Part shown: piece after piece, positions 39,783 to 53,154 of the stretch | Numbering within the stretch: position 1 is the first letter of the stretch | How the letters are laid out: each line of letters begins with the position of its first letter | Assembly: GCA_042408445.1 (NCBI GenBank) | Contig: JBHORC010000016.1 | Span: 13,012-77,011, forward strand | Direction: 5' to 3' | Origin: Chloroflexota bacterium | GTDB taxonomy: Bacteria > Chloroflexota > Limnocylindria > Limnocylindrales > CSP1-4 | Length of the DNA stretch: 64,000 nt | The notes under the pieces: model-generated | The model's input: the letters and a program-made list of their open reading frames with translations, nothing else | What the model was told of the DNA's origin: nothing | Databases searched by the model: none | Made by a program: the position numbers and the translations under genes

Positions 39783-40247
39783 TCAGCCCTCGTGCTCGGC
39801 GACGAACACGATCTCGCCAGCCGGCCCCGTCAGGATCAGGCGACCGTCTCCCGTCCGGGTCGCCTTCGTCGCCGTCGAGACGCCGCGGACGAAGATGCCC
39901 TCCTGATTCATGATCCGCTCGTCCACGCAGGCCATCGCCGTCATCGCGAGCGCCTTCTCGTCGAACCGGATCGCGCCGGACCCCGGCTCGAACCCGTACG
40001 TGCCGCCGTAGGAATTGCAGCCCGCAGAGCCGCTGACTGCACTGTCGGTGAACCGGATCGTTGGCGCCACGGGACCGATCGGCCGCACGCCGTTGATCGT
40101 GAACGCTGACCAGGACGTTCCGGCGAGCGACGGAGCGGCCGCCGGCGACGCACCGCCCGAGTCGCCCCCGGCGTCATCGCAGCCGGCGACCACAAGGGAG
40201 ATCGCGAGGAACGCGAGGAACAGGCCGAGCCGGGCGAGCGTGCGCAT
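39783..40247 (-). CDS. META-domain (HslJ-like, DUF306) lipoprotein
   Basis: The start was chosen at ATG 40247, giving the signal peptide MRTLARLGLFLAFLAISLVVAGC (lipobox). The META domain follows (GTSWSAFTINGVRP...GCNSYGGTYGF...ALAMTAMAC). Confidence 0.7.
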   Translation of the reverse strand: MRTLARLGLFLAFLAISLVVAGCDDAGGDSGGASPAAAPSLAGTSWSAFTINGVRPIGPVAPTIRFTDSAVSGSAGCNSYGGTYGFEPGSGAIRFDEKALAMTAMACVDERIMNQEGIFVRGVSTATKATRTGDGRLILTGPAGEIVFVAEHEG

Positions 40248-40273
40248 CGCCCGCCTGACGACGACCAGCCCGG

Positions 40274-40738
40274 TCAGGTTCCGGCGGCCGCGGCCGGTCG
40301 GGTGACCACGACCGCGCGCCCGCCCGCCGCGACCCGATCGATGGCCTCGTTGCACATCGCGTCGGCCAGCGTGTTCTGCGCGCGGGGCACGTGCGTCGCC
40401 GACCACCGCTCGAACCCGCGGAGCGTCCGCCTCGACGCCTCCCAGAGTGGGATCAGCTTCGCGTCCTTGACCCGCCATCGTCCGGCAAGCTGCTCGACGA
40501 TCAGCTTGGAGTCCAGGAGCATCACCACCTCGCGTGCCCCGAGCTCCGCCGCGAGGGCGAGCGCCCGGACGACGGCGGTGTACTCCGCCACGTTGTTCGT
40601 CTGCACGCCGAGGAACTCGGAGATCGTCGCGTCCGGCCGGGCACGGGGGTCACGTGCATCGGGGCGAGCGAGGTCGATCAGGACAGCGCCGGCCGACGCC
40701 GGTCCCGGGTTCCCGCGGGCCGCGCCGTCCGTCCGCAC
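40274..40738 (-). CDS. Ribonuclease H (RNase HI-like)
   Basis: DGAARGNPGPASAGAVL...TNNVAEYTAVVRALALAAELGAREVVMLLDSKLIVEQLAGRWRVK...HVPRAQNTLADAMCNEAID contains the DEDD catalytic core. The GTG start at 40738 (VRTDG) was chosen; the upstream part of the track ORF overlaps sdhB out of frame. Confidence 0.75.
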   Translation of the reverse strand: MRTDGAARGNPGPASAGAVLIDLARPDARDPRARPDATISEFLGVQTNNVAEYTAVVRALALAAELGAREVVMLLDSKLIVEQLAGRWRVKDAKLIPLWEASRRTLRGFERWSATHVPRAQNTLADAMCNEAIDRVAAGGRAVVVTRPAAAAGT

Positions 40739-40818
40739 GACGAACCCGGGCCGCCGACCCGCATCGCGCGTCTCCTGCGAGGCCGCCGGACCCGGCAGAT
40801 CGGGAAACAGACGGTCCG

Positions 40819-41523
40819 TCAGCTCTGTCGCTCGACGATCGCGGAGCTGACCTCGAGGATCGCCTGGGTGATGTGGATCCCCCGCGGACACGCATCCGAG
40901 CAGTTGAAGATCGTCCGGCAGCGCCAGACGCCGTCCTTGTCGGCGAGGATCTCGAGCCGCTCGTCGGCGCCGGCATCCCGCGAGTCGAAGATGAACCGGT
41001 GGGCGTTGACGATCGCGGCGGGGCCGACATACGACGGCTGGGCCCAGAACGACGGGCAGGACGACGTGCACGCCGCGCAGAGGATGCACTTCGTCGTGTC
41101 GTCGTAGCGGGCTCGATCCTTCGGGCTCTGGATCCGCTCGCGGGCCGGCGCGGGGCCGTCCTCGACGAGGTACGGCTGGACGCTCTTCAGCTTCGCGAAG
41201 AAGCCGTCCATGTCGACGACGAGGTCCTTCACGACCGGCAGCCCGGGCAGCGGGGCGATCGTGATCCGGCGCTTGCCCAGCTGCTCGAGCCGCACGGTGC
41301 AGGCGAGCCGGTTGCGACCGTTGATCAGCATCGCGTCCGAACCGCAGACGCCGTGCGCACACGACCGCCGGAACGTCAGCGTCCCGTCCTGCTCGTACTT
41401 CACGCGGTGGAGCAGATCGAGGATCCGGTCGCCCTTCGGGTCGCCCTCGACCTGGTAGGCCTCCCAGTGCGGGCGTTCGTCCCGTTCGGGGTCGTAGCGA
41501 AGGATTCGGAGATCGACCTGCAT
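40819..41523 (-). CDS. sdhB: Succinate dehydrogenase iron-sulfur subunit
   Basis: 2Fe-2S (CAHGVCGSDAM), 4Fe-4S (CILCAACTSSCP) and 3Fe-4S (CRTIFNCSDACP) cysteine clusters. Confidence 0.9.
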   Translation of the reverse strand: MQVDLRILRYDPERDERPHWEAYQVEGDPKGDRILDLLHRVKYEQDGTLTFRRSCAHGVCGSDAMLINGRNRLACTVRLEQLGKRRITIAPLPGLPVVKDLVVDMDGFFAKLKSVQPYLVEDGPAPARERIQSPKDRARYDDTTKCILCAACTSSCPSFWAQPSYVGPAAIVNAHRFIFDSRDAGADERLEILADKDGVWRCRTIFNCSDACPRGIHITQAILEVSSAIVERQS

Positions 41524-41550
41524 GCTCGTTCGGCTCGGCTTTCGTTCGGC

Positions 41551-43302
<1,752 letters not shown>

Positions 43303-43304
43303 CG

Positions 43305-43724
43305 TCAGGTCGCGGCCGGCAGGAGGCTCTTCACGGTGAGCAGGGCGATCGAGCCCATCGCGAACAGGACGATCGCGACGATGTACAGGGCCATCGTGAT
43401 CAACGTGCGGAGACCGCCGTGGGTGTAGTCCTGGACGATCGTCCGGAGACCCATGAACGCGTGGAAGACGACGAACGCGAGCATGAGCCAGTCCGCCGTC
43501 CGGACGCCGAGGTTCGCCCAGCGCTGGTCGATCCACGACGCGCTCTGGTCCGCCGGGTCGTACAGGACGTGGGTGATCAGGAAGTGGCTCAGCGCGAGCA
43601 CGAACAGCCCCAGCCCGGTGAGCCGCATCAGGTACCAGACAGCGAGCTCCCAGCCGCCGCCGGACGGTCGCGCCCGGCTGCCGCTCGCGCCGCGGCGGAT
43701 GCCGGCGCCGCCCGAGGCGCTCAT
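43305..43724 (-). CDS. sdhD: Succinate dehydrogenase hydrophobic membrane anchor subunit
   Basis: Three TM helices. The start is ATG 43724, forming an ATGA overlap with the sdhC stop. Confidence 0.7.
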   Translation of the reverse strand: MSASGGAGIRRGASGSRARPSGGGWELAVWYLMRLTGLGLFVLALSHFLITHVLYDPADQSASWIDQRWANLGVRTADWLMLAFVVFHAFMGLRTIVQDYTHGGLRTLITMALYIVAIVLFAMGSIALLTVKSLLPAAT

Positions 43725-44089
43725 CGCGTCCCCTCCCAGATCGGTCGGAGGATGACGAACGCGACCGGAAGCCCGACGACGACGAAGATCGCCCACGCCG
43801 CGAGCCACATCTCGCGGTGGAAGCGCGTCATCGCCGGCCAGAAATCCATGATCACGATCCGCAGCCCGTTGAGGGCGTGGTAGAGGAGCGCGGCGCCGAG
43901 AAGCATCTCCCCCACCCGGCCGATCGGGCTCGCGTAGATCGACAGGAGCTCGTCATAGAGGCGCGGGTTCGCGCCCGAGAGCCAGATGTCAAAGACGTGG
44001 AGGACGATGAAGACCCAGATCGCGAGGCCGGAGATCCGGTGGAACGCCCACGCGACCATGCCGACCGAGCCGCGATAGCGGAACAGCAT
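43721..44089 (-). CDS. sdhC: Succinate dehydrogenase cytochrome b subunit
   Basis: 122 aa, three TM helices, haem-ligand His context ([11 protein letters not shown]...LHVFD). Confidence 0.8.
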   Translation of the reverse strand: MLFRYRGSVGMVAWAFHRISGLAIWVFIVLHVFDIWLSGANPRLYDELLSIYASPIGRVGEMLLGAALLYHALNGLRIVIMDFWPAMTRFHREMWLAAWAIFVVVGLPVAFVILRPIWEGTR

Positions 44090-44126
44090 CGGCGGTCGAT
44101 CCCCTCGTGCAGCCGGCCGTCGGGCG

Positions 44127-45203
44127 TCAGGCGGCCGAGCCGGCCGACCCGGCGGACCCGGCCGTCGTCCCGGCGCCGCTCGACGCGGGCGATGCCGTTC
44201 GGCCGAGCTCGTCGATCACCGCGTCGGCGAACTGGCTCGTTCCGGCGTCACCACCGAGATCCGACGTCGTTCGGCGGCCTTCCGCGATCACGGTCCGGAT
44301 CGCGCCCTCGACCCGTTCGGCCGCGGCCTGCTCGCCGAGGTGCCGGAGCATCAGCACACCGGACAGCATCAGGGCCGTCGGGTTCGCCTTGTTCTGGCCC
44401 GCGTACTTCGGGGCCGAGCCGTGGACGGGCTCGAACACAGCCGCCTCGAGCCCGATGTTCGCCCCCGGTGCGACGCCGAGCCCACCCACCAGGCCGGCGC
44501 ACAGGTCGCTGACGATGTCGCCGTACAGGTTCGGCAGCACGAGCACGTCGTAGAGGTCCGGCTTCTGGACGAGCTGCATGCACATGTTGTCGACGATCCG
44601 GTCCTCGAATTCGACCCGACCTTCGTACTCCGCGGCGACGGTCCGACAGCTCTCCAGGAAGAGCCCGTCGGACAGTTTCATGATGTTCGCCTTGTGCACT
44701 GCTGTGACCTTGCGGCGGCCGTTGGCGACCGCGTAGTCGAAGGCGAACCGGGCGATCCGCTCCGACGCCTCCCGCGTGATGATCTTGATGCTCTCCGCCG
44801 CATCACGACCGACGCGATGCTCGATGCCGGCGTAGAGGTCCTCGGTGTTCTCGCGGACGATGACCAGGTCGACGTCCTCGTAGCGCGTCTCGAGGCCCTT
44901 GATCGAGCGCGCCGGCCGAAGGTTGGCGTACAGGCCGAGCGTCTGGCGAAGCGTGACGTTGACGCTCCGGAAGCCCTCGCCGACCGGCGTCGTGATCGGA
45001 CCCTTCAGCGCGACCCGGTTCCGCAGGATCGATTCGAGGACCGGCTCCGGAAGCGGCGTGCCGTGCTCCGCGAGCATCGCCTCGCCCGCTTCCTGGACCT
45101 CCCACTCGAACGCGACGCCCGATGCGTCGAGGACGCGACGCGTCGCCTCCGCGAGCTCCGGTCCAATGCCGTCGCCGGGGATCAGGGTGACTCGGTGGGC
45201 CAT
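44127..45203 (-). CDS. NAD-dependent isocitrate dehydrogenase (isocitrate/isopropylmalate dehydrogenase family)
   Basis: [38 protein letters not shown] motifs. It has a low-complexity C-terminal tail [23 protein letters not shown]. Assigning it to IDH rather than IMDH rests on TCA context plus motif similarity. Confidence 0.75.
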   Translation of the reverse strand: MAHRVTLIPGDGIGPELAEATRRVLDASGVAFEWEVQEAGEAMLAEHGTPLPEPVLESILRNRVALKGPITTPVGEGFRSVNVTLRQTLGLYANLRPARSIKGLETRYEDVDLVIVRENTEDLYAGIEHRVGRDAAESIKIITREASERIARFAFDYAVANGRRKVTAVHKANIMKLSDGLFLESCRTVAAEYEGRVEFEDRIVDNMCMQLVQKPDLYDVLVLPNLYGDIVSDLCAGLVGGLGVAPGANIGLEAAVFEPVHGSAPKYAGQNKANPTALMLSGVLMLRHLGEQAAAERVEGAIRTVIAEGRRTTSDLGGDAGTSQFADAVIDELGRTASPASSGAGTTAGSAGSAGSAA

Positions 45204-45314
45204 GCAGCCATTCTATCCGTGGGACCGCCGCGAGCGACGGGCGCGGGCCGGACGACGACGACACGGCCGGCTCCCGATGAAGGAGCCGGCCGTCAGAGCC
45301 GCCAGCGGACCGCG

Positions 45315-46580
45315 TCAGGGAGCCAAGCGTTGCCACGTCGCCCGCTCGGCGATCCCCGCCGGGAGCTTCCGACCCGGCAGCGAGCCAGTCGGATCCAGCA
45401 GCCAGGTCGACGCGTCGGCACCGTAGTACGCGATCACCTGCGACCCGTCTGGCGAGAACTGGGCCACGTCGAGGTTGGTGGCCTGCATCCCCGGACCGAT
45501 CTCGAGGACCGCTCCTCCGCGGGCCGGCACGACGGCGAGGTGCTTGAGGCTGCTCCCGTGATAGCGAATGAAGAGCAGGAGCGAGCCGTCCGGCGACCAC
45601 ACAGGGCCCTCGTCGATCACGCCGCCGCCTGACGCCGGAGCGAACGCCGGCGTCACGTCGCGCCCGGTCGCGACCTCGAAGAGTCGGAGGCGGCCGTCGG
45701 TGCCGTCCCACACGTTGGTCGCGATGGTCGTGCCGTCCGGCGATAGGCTCGCATTGAGACTGGCGGACCGCGCCGCGTTCGCCGTGATCGTCCGGAGGCC
45801 GCCGCCGTCTACGCCCACCGCAAACAGGCCATCACCCGATGTGGTCGACCCGCGGAAGGTCAGCTCGCTGTCACCAGGCCCGAAGGCGAGGAATTCAGGT
45901 GTCAAGCCGCCGGTATCGATCACCTGCGGCTGGGTCGAGCCATCGACCGTCAAGACTTGGAGCGCTTGCTTTCCGGCGATGTCGGACGAGACCGCGACCC
46001 GCGTTCCGTCGTGCGTCCAGACGGCGTCGTACAGGTTGGTGACGGGCGACGTCAGGGGACGCACGTCCGTCCCGTCGACGTTCGCGACCATGATCGTGCC
46101 GGCTTTCCCGTCCGTGGCCGGGTTCACGGCCGCGTCGCGAAGAAAGAGGAACCTGGTCCCGTCGGGTGACAGCCACGGGAGGGTGTCATCGGACGGTCCC
46201 GCGATCACTGTCGACACAGCGCCGCTGACGGCGTCGAGCGTGTGGATGTCGTGGTCCGACCCGCTGAACAGGATTGCGCCGTTGCGAGCCGGGCCGAAGG
46301 GCGCCGGGAGCGGGCGGGGGCGAGAGCCGACGAAGAGGGCGGCCGCGGCGATCACCGCGACGAGGCCGATCACGACGAGCAGCCAGGCGACCCTGGGCAA
46401 CGGGGCGGAACGGAGGGTTGTCTGCACTGGGAGCCACCTTTCGAGGCTCGACCATGCCGGTCGCTGCCGGGTATGGGCCGTTCGAACCAGGACGTCGTCG
46501 AGGTAGTCGGGCGCGCCGCGTCCGGCCTGTTCGCCGAGCCAGTTCGAGACGACGCCGTTGAAGTCGTTCCGCTTGATCAT
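45315..46580 (-). CDS. Putative anti-sigma factor / membrane sensor with a periplasmic TolB-like (PD40 repeat) beta-propeller
   Basis: An ATGA overlap links it to the upstream ECF sigma gene. A cytoplasmic N-terminus (~60 aa, no zf-HC2) is followed by TM segment VAWLLVVIGLVAVIAAAALFV and repeated SPDG/THDG/WSPDGS PD40-type blades. Confidence 0.6.
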   Translation of the reverse strand: MIKRNDFNGVVSNWLGEQAGRGAPDYLDDVLVRTAHTRQRPAWSSLERWLPVQTTLRSAPLPRVAWLLVVIGLVAVIAAAALFVGSRPRPLPAPFGPARNGAILFSGSDHDIHTLDAVSGAVSTVIAGPSDDTLPWLSPDGTRFLFLRDAAVNPATDGKAGTIMVANVDGTDVRPLTSPVTNLYDAVWTHDGTRVAVSSDIAGKQALQVLTVDGSTQPQVIDTGGLTPEFLAFGPGDSELTFRGSTTSGDGLFAVGVDGGGLRTITANAARSASLNASLSPDGTTIATNVWDGTDGRLRLFEVATGRDVTPAFAPASGGGVIDEGPVWSPDGSLLLFIRYHGSSLKHLAVVPARGGAVLEIGPGMQATNLDVAQFSPDGSQVIAYYGADASTWLLDPTGSLPGRKLPAGIAERATWQRLAP

Positions 46581-47134
46581 GCGAGGCCGCCCTCCACGAG
46601 CTCAGCCCGCGGACGGGCATCGGCGTCGAGCGCCGCACGCATGGCTTGAAGCGCCCGGTGCAGGCGCGATTTCGCCGTTCCGAGCGGGATTCCGAGCGCG
46701 AACGCGACTTCCGGCAACGGTAGGTCGAGATAGTGGTGAAGGACGATGAGGGCCCGCGCCTGAGGCTCGAGGCGGCTGAAGCCGCGTTCGAGCTGGTCGC
46801 GGTCGACCATGACGGCGTTGGCGTCGTCTCGGTCGGGATGATCGATCGGGGTCAGGTCGACATCGAGGAGATGGCGCCGCAGGCGGCGCGCCTCGTCGAT
46901 GCAGGCCCGGTAGAGCAGCCGATGGAGCCAGGCGTCGAACCGGTCCGGGCTGCGCAGGGTGGGTAGGTCGCGCCAGGCCCGGACGAGCGCCTCCTGGACG
47001 GCGTCCTTGGCTTGGTCAGGGTCGCGGAGGATGAGCCGGGCGGCGGCGTCGAGCCGGACGATCGCGGCGGCCGCAAGCGTGGCGAAGGCGTCATGATCGC
47101 CTTGCCGCGCTCGTTCCACGAGTTCCTGCTGCAT
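46577..47134 (-). CDS. ECF sigma factor
   Basis: Region 2 ([41 protein letters not shown]) and region 4 ([41 protein letters not shown]). The start was chosen at ATG 47134 ([10 protein letters not shown]). Confidence 0.8.
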   Translation of the reverse strand: MQQELVERARQGDHDAFATLAAAAIVRLDAAARLILRDPDQAKDAVQEALVRAWRDLPTLRSPDRFDAWLHRLLYRACIDEARRLRRHLLDVDLTPIDHPDRDDANAVMVDRDQLERGFSRLEPQARALIVLHHYLDLPLPEVAFALGIPLGTAKSRLHRALQAMRAALDADARPRAELVEGGLA

Positions 47135-47271
47135 TGCGCCCCTCGGCGGCGGCACGGCCGACGTGGCGTGCACATTGAGTATGGCGAGACGGCCCGGGCC
47201 GACCGTTCCGAATTCGCCTCGGGCGCTACCATCGGACCCCCCAACCGCGTCGATGAGGGAGTCCGCCGCGC

Positions 47272-48456
47272 GTGAAGATCCAGGAAGCCGACGCCAAGTC
47301 GCTCCTCATGGCTCAGGGCCTGCCGGTCCCGCCGTGGGCGGTCGCCCATTCGGCGTCGGAGGCTCGCGCCGCCGCCGAGCGATTCCTCGCGGACGCGCCA
47401 GCCGGCCAACCCGTCGTCATCAAGGCGCAGGTGCTCGTCGGCGGCCGCGGCAAGGCCGGCGGCGTGAAGCTCGCGGCGACCGCCGACGAGGCGGAGCGGG
47501 TCGCGGCCGCGATCCTCGGCCTCGAGATCAAGGGGATCCCCGTCCGAAAGGTCCTCGTCGGTCCCGCCGCGACGATCGTCAAGGAGCTCTACCTCTCGGC
47601 GGTCCTCGACCGGTCGAGCCGGCGGATCCTCCTCATGGGATCGGCGGAAGGCGGCGTCGAGATCGAGCAGGTCGCCGCCGAACGACCCGACGCGATCGTC
47701 ACCGTCCCGGCGGACCCGTTCCTCGGTCTCCTCCCCTACCAGGCCCGGGAGATGGCCTTCCGTCTCGGGCTCGGCGCGCATCTCAAGGCGTTCGTCGGGA
47801 TCGCGACCGGGCTGGTCCGGACGATCCAGGCCTACGATGCGGACCTCGTCGAGATCAACCCGCTCGCGATCGTCCAGGAGGGCGGCGAGGGGCGCGAGGG
47901 CGGCGCCGCCGAGAGCCTCCAATGCCTCGACGCGAAGATCACCCTCGACGATTCGGCCCTGTGGCGGCATCCCGGCCTGGAGGATCTCCGCGATCCGGAC
48001 GAGGAGGACCCCACGGATCGGGCGGCGCGCGAGGCGGGGCTCACGTTCATCAAGCTCGACGGGACGATCGGCTGCATGGTCAACGGCGCCGGGCTGGCGA
48101 TGACGACGATGGACCTGGTGAAGCGGGCCGGCGGCGAGCCGGCGAACTTCCTCGACATCGGCGGCGGCGCCAGGGCGGACAAGGTCGCCGCCGCGATGCG
48201 CCTGATCCTCGCCGACCCGAAGGTGAACGCGATCCTCGTGAACATCTTCGGCGGGATCACCCGCGGCGACGAGGTTGCCCGCGGCCTCATCGAGGCGCGC
48301 GGCCAGCAGGAGCGCGACGTCCCGATGGTCGTCCGGATCGTCGGCACGAACGCCGCCGAGGCCGCGGTACTGCTCCGGGAGGCGCGGTTCGAGACGGCGG
48401 AGACGCTCGACGAGGCGGCCCGGCGGGCGGTCGAAGCGTCGCGAGCCGCGGCATGA
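47272..48456 (+). CDS. sucC: Succinyl-CoA synthetase beta subunit (ADP-forming)
   Basis: ATP-grasp SucC ([42 protein letters not shown]). GTG start with a GAGGGAG SD. Confidence 0.95.
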   Translation: MKIQEADAKSLLMAQGLPVPPWAVAHSASEARAAAERFLADAPAGQPVVIKAQVLVGGRGKAGGVKLAATADEAERVAAAILGLEIKGIPVRKVLVGPAATIVKELYLSAVLDRSSRRILLMGSAEGGVEIEQVAAERPDAIVTVPADPFLGLLPYQAREMAFRLGLGAHLKAFVGIATGLVRTIQAYDADLVEINPLAIVQEGGEGREGGAAESLQCLDAKITLDDSALWRHPGLEDLRDPDEEDPTDRAAREAGLTFIKLDGTIGCMVNGAGLAMTTMDLVKRAGGEPANFLDIGGGARADKVAAAMRLILADPKVNAILVNIFGGITRGDEVARGLIEARGQQERDVPMVVRIVGTNAAEAAVLLREARFETAETLDEAARRAVEASRAAA

Positions 48457-49337
48457 GCATCCTGATCGACCGCTCGAGCCGCGTCGTCGTGCACGGGCTC
48501 ACCGGGCGCGAGGGCTCGTTCCATGGAGCGGCGATGCTCGAGTACGGCACCAACGTCGTCGCGGGCATGACCCCCGGCAAGGGCGGTCAGACGGCGCTGG
48601 ACGGTCGTGTGCCGGTCTTCGACACCGTCGCGGACGCCGTCCGGGAGACGGGCGCGGACACGTCCTGCATCTTCGTGCCGGCGCCCGGCGCGCCGGATGC
48701 CGTCATGGAGGCCGCCGCCGCCGGAATCCGGACGATCTTCTGCATCACCGAGGGTATCCCGGCGCTGGACATGATCCCGGCGGTCGAGGCTGTTCGGCTC
48801 GCCGGGGCGCGCCTGATCGGCCCCAACTGCCCCGGGGCGACATCCCCGGGTCAGGCGAAGGTCGGGATCATCCCCGGATCGATCCACCGGGAAGGCGGCG
48901 TCGGGGTCGTGTCGCGATCCGGGACCTTGACCTACGAGGCGGTCCAGGCGATGACCGATGCCGGTCTTGGCCAGTCGACGTGCGTGGGGATCGGTGGCGA
49001 TCCCGTGATCGGGACGACGTTCCTGGACGTCCTCCAGCTGTTCGGGGCGGATCCCGCGACGGACGCGATCGTCCTCATCGGCGAGATCGGCGGCGCCGCG
49101 GAGGAAACCGCCGCGGCGTGGGCCGCGGACCACCTGCGCGACGTCCCGAAGGCGGCGTTCATCGCGGGGCGAACGGCTCCCGAGGGCAAGCGGATGGGCC
49201 ACGCCGGGGCGATCATCTCCGGCGGCGCGGGCACGGCCGCCTCGAAGGTCGCCGCGCTCGAAGCCGCGGGGTTCCGGATCGCCGACTCGCCGACCGAGCT
49301 GCCGCAGCTCCTGCGCGATGCCGGCTACCGTGGCTGA
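48453..49337 (+). CDS. sucD: Succinyl-CoA synthetase alpha subunit
   Basis: The start [21 protein letters not shown] forms an ATGA overlap with sucC. It has CoA-binding and phosphohistidine-loop motifs ([10 protein letters not shown]). The 724-aa track ORF 47163..49337 is real only from 48453. Confidence 0.95.
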   Translation: MSILIDRSSRVVVHGLTGREGSFHGAAMLEYGTNVVAGMTPGKGGQTALDGRVPVFDTVADAVRETGADTSCIFVPAPGAPDAVMEAAAAGIRTIFCITEGIPALDMIPAVEAVRLAGARLIGPNCPGATSPGQAKVGIIPGSIHREGGVGVVSRSGTLTYEAVQAMTDAGLGQSTCVGIGGDPVIGTTFLDVLQLFGADPATDAIVLIGEIGGAAEETAAAWAADHLRDVPKAAFIAGRTAPEGKRMGHAGAIISGGAGTAASKVAALEAAGFRIADSPTELPQLLRDAGYRG

Positions 49338-49344
49338 TCCGGGG

Positions 49345-49965
49345 ATGACGACCGCCGACGAGATCCGCAGCCTGTTCGCCTACGACCGCTGGGCGTCCGA
49401 GCGGCTGTTCCGCGTCCTTGAAGGCGTCGACGACGCGACATGGTCGGCGTCGAACGTGATTGACGAGCGCGGCCTCGGCGGGATCCTCGTCCACATGCTG
49501 GGTGCGTACCAGCGGTGGTGGCTCGGCCTCTCGGGCTCGGACCGCACGCCACGGCCGGAGATGGAGCCCCTGCCGTCGCCGGCGGAGTTCCGTGCCCGAT
49601 TCGAGGCGGAGTGGGAGGCCGCGGCCGCCTGGCTGGCAAGCGTGGACGACGCCTGGCTCGCGGGCGACGACGAGGGCGTCGGGTTCGCCTGGATGCTTCG
49701 CCACGTCGTGAACCACGGGACACAGCACCGCTCGGAGGCGGCCGCACTGCTCACCCAGGTCGGTCGGTCGCCCGGGGACCTCGACATGATCTTCTGGATC
49801 GAGGATCGGGCCGGCTGGCGCGACGGGGTGCCGCCGTCCCAGCAGGGCGGCGGGCCCGGGAACGCGACGGAGATCGCGCCGGACCCGGATGACGCCGGCG
49901 AGCCGGGCGCCGACGACACGAACCTCCCACTTCCATCGATCGATGCGGCAACCGAGGCGGGCTGA
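49345..49965 (+). CDS. DinB/YfiT-like (DinB_2) metal-dependent hydrolase family protein
   Basis: DRWASERLF...ILVHMLGAYQRWW...MLRHVVNHGTQHRSEAAALL matches the DinB_2 four-helix bundle His triad. Confidence 0.65.
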   Translation: MTTADEIRSLFAYDRWASERLFRVLEGVDDATWSASNVIDERGLGGILVHMLGAYQRWWLGLSGSDRTPRPEMEPLPSPAEFRARFEAEWEAAAAWLASVDDAWLAGDDEGVGFAWMLRHVVNHGTQHRSEAAALLTQVGRSPGDLDMIFWIEDRAGWRDGVPPSQQGGGPGNATEIAPDPDDAGEPGADDTNLPLPSIDAATEAG

Positions 49966-50435
49966 TGGCCGCCCTGATGGACCTGGTGGCGGGCGATCTC
50001 CGCTCGATCCTGCTCGCGCTCTCGGTCGAGGACTGGGATGCCCTCGACGATCCGTCGCGGTTCGATGGTCACCTGTCGCTGGGCGGCGGTCTCGACCCGA
50101 CGTGGCTCGACCTGTTCTCCGAAGCCGTTCGCCGGGCGACCGGCGATGACGCGCCGAGCGACTTCATCGACGCGCGCCACGAGCTCGATGGGCCGGGTGG
50201 CGGCGGGGATCGGGTGATCGAGCGGGTCGACCCGGGCTGGATCGACTCGATCGCGCGGCTGCCGGACGACCTCGTCGATGCCGTTGCGGGGCGGTGGATC
50301 GACCTCATCGAGGAGGAGCTCGGCTTCCTGCCGCGCGAGGAGAAGCCGTGGATCCGCAAGCTCGCCGGCGATCTCGTCGCCTTTGCGCGCTCGGCGGACC
50401 GCTCCTCCGACGTGATCTTCGCCTGGGCGCTCTGA
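49965..50435 (+). CDS. Acidic hypothetical protein (156 aa)
   Basis: A TGATG overlap links it to the DinB-like gene. It is Asp/Glu-rich with no assignable domain. Confidence 0.45.
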   Translation: MAALMDLVAGDLRSILLALSVEDWDALDDPSRFDGHLSLGGGLDPTWLDLFSEAVRRATGDDAPSDFIDARHELDGPGGGGDRVIERVDPGWIDSIARLPDDLVDAVAGRWIDLIEEELGFLPREEKPWIRKLAGDLVAFARSADRSSDVIFAWAL

Positions 50436-50439
50436 GGGG

Positions 50440-50916
50440 CTAGGCGGCCGGAAACCCGAGGCTCGTCCAGGCCGGGCCGCCCGGCGCCTCGATCAGCTCG
50501 ACGAGCACGCCGTGGCACGAACGTGGGTGGAGGAACGCGACGGGACCCTCGGCGCCGCGTCGCGGAGCGCTGTCGATCAGCTCGAGCCCATCGATCTCGA
50601 GCCGGAGCAACGTCTCGGCGAGGTTTCGGACCTCGAAGCAGACGTGGTGGAACCCCTCCCCCTTGCTGGCCAGGAACCGGGCGACGCCCGTCGTTTCGTC
50701 CGTCGGCTCGACGAGCTCGACCTTCGACTCGCCAACGGCGAGAAAGGCAATCCGGACGCGGTCCTGGGGGATGTCCATCACCGTCTCGAGCTCGAGGCCG
50801 AGGATGTCGTGCCAGAAGCGGCTGGCGTCCTCGATCGAGCGGACGATCAACGCGACGTGATGGACCTTGCCGAGGCGACGGATCGCCTCCGGAACGGCCG
50901 GCGGAGTTCTCGACAT
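50440..50916 (-). CDS. Methylmalonyl-CoA epimerase (VOC/glyoxalase family)
   Basis: VHHVALIVRSIEDASRFWHDILGLEL...GFHHVCFEV...HGVLVELIE is typical MCE. Confidence 0.85.
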   Translation of the reverse strand: MSRTPPAVPEAIRRLGKVHHVALIVRSIEDASRFWHDILGLELETVMDIPQDRVRIAFLAVGESKVELVEPTDETTGVARFLASKGEGFHHVCFEVRNLAETLLRLEIDGLELIDSAPRRGAEGPVAFLHPRSCHGVLVELIEAPGGPAWTSLGFPAA

Positions 50917-50924
50917 GGCTTCTC

Positions 50925-52610
<1,686 letters not shown>

Positions 52611-52626
52611 GGCTGCACCTCGTTGA

Positions 52627-53154
52627 TCAACCCAGGACAACGAGGAGGTCGCCGACCTCGATCGTCTGCCCCTCCCCGACCGCGACCCGTTCGACACGCC
52701 CCGCCCGGGGCGCCCGCAGCTCGTTCTGCATCTTCATCGCCTCCACGACGAGCAGCGTCTGGCCGGCCTCGACGTCGTCGCCGCCCGTCACCCGGACCGC
52801 CGCCACCCGTCCCGGAATGATCGCCCGGATGTCGACCGGTGCGCTCGGCCCCGCCGCATGGGCTCCGCGGGTCGCCCGCTCGCGGAGCGCCGCGCGCGCC
52901 GCGTCCTCGACGTCGAGCTCGAACCGCCAACCGTCGACGACGACCTCGAGGCGGGAGTGGCCGTGGTCGGGGGCGGCGAGCGGGGTCACGATCGCGGCGC
53001 GGGCGGGTGCCGTCGGGCCGGCGCCGGGTGGCCGGATCGCGGCGTCGCCCGTCGGCGACAGGTCGATCGACGGGGCGTCGACGGATCCGGGCTCCAGCTC
53101 GACTGGGTCCGCGTTGGGGTCCGCGACGAGCGAGACCCGGACGGGGCCGGTCAT
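52627..53154 (-). CDS. Biotin carboxyl carrier / biotin-lipoyl attachment domain protein of an acyl-CoA carboxylase
   Basis: The C-terminal biotinyl domain has an EAMKM motif. The start is ATG 53154, forming an ATGA overlap with the biotin carboxylase stop. Confidence 0.8.
   Translation of the reverse strand: MTGPVRVSLVADPNADPVELEPGSVDAPSIDLSPTGDAAIRPPGAGPTAPARAAIVTPLAAPDHGHSRLEVVVDGWRFELDVEDAARAALRERATRGAHAAGPSAPVDIRAIIPGRVAAVRVTGGDDVEAGQTLLVVEAMKMQNELRAPRAGRVERVAVGEGQTIEVGDLLVVLG

Noticed and set aside
47163-48452. N-terminal 430 aa of the 724-aa + ORF
   Set aside because: It overlaps sucC out of frame and is Arg/Gly-rich. Only 48453..49337 (sucD, starting MSILIDRSS) is coding.
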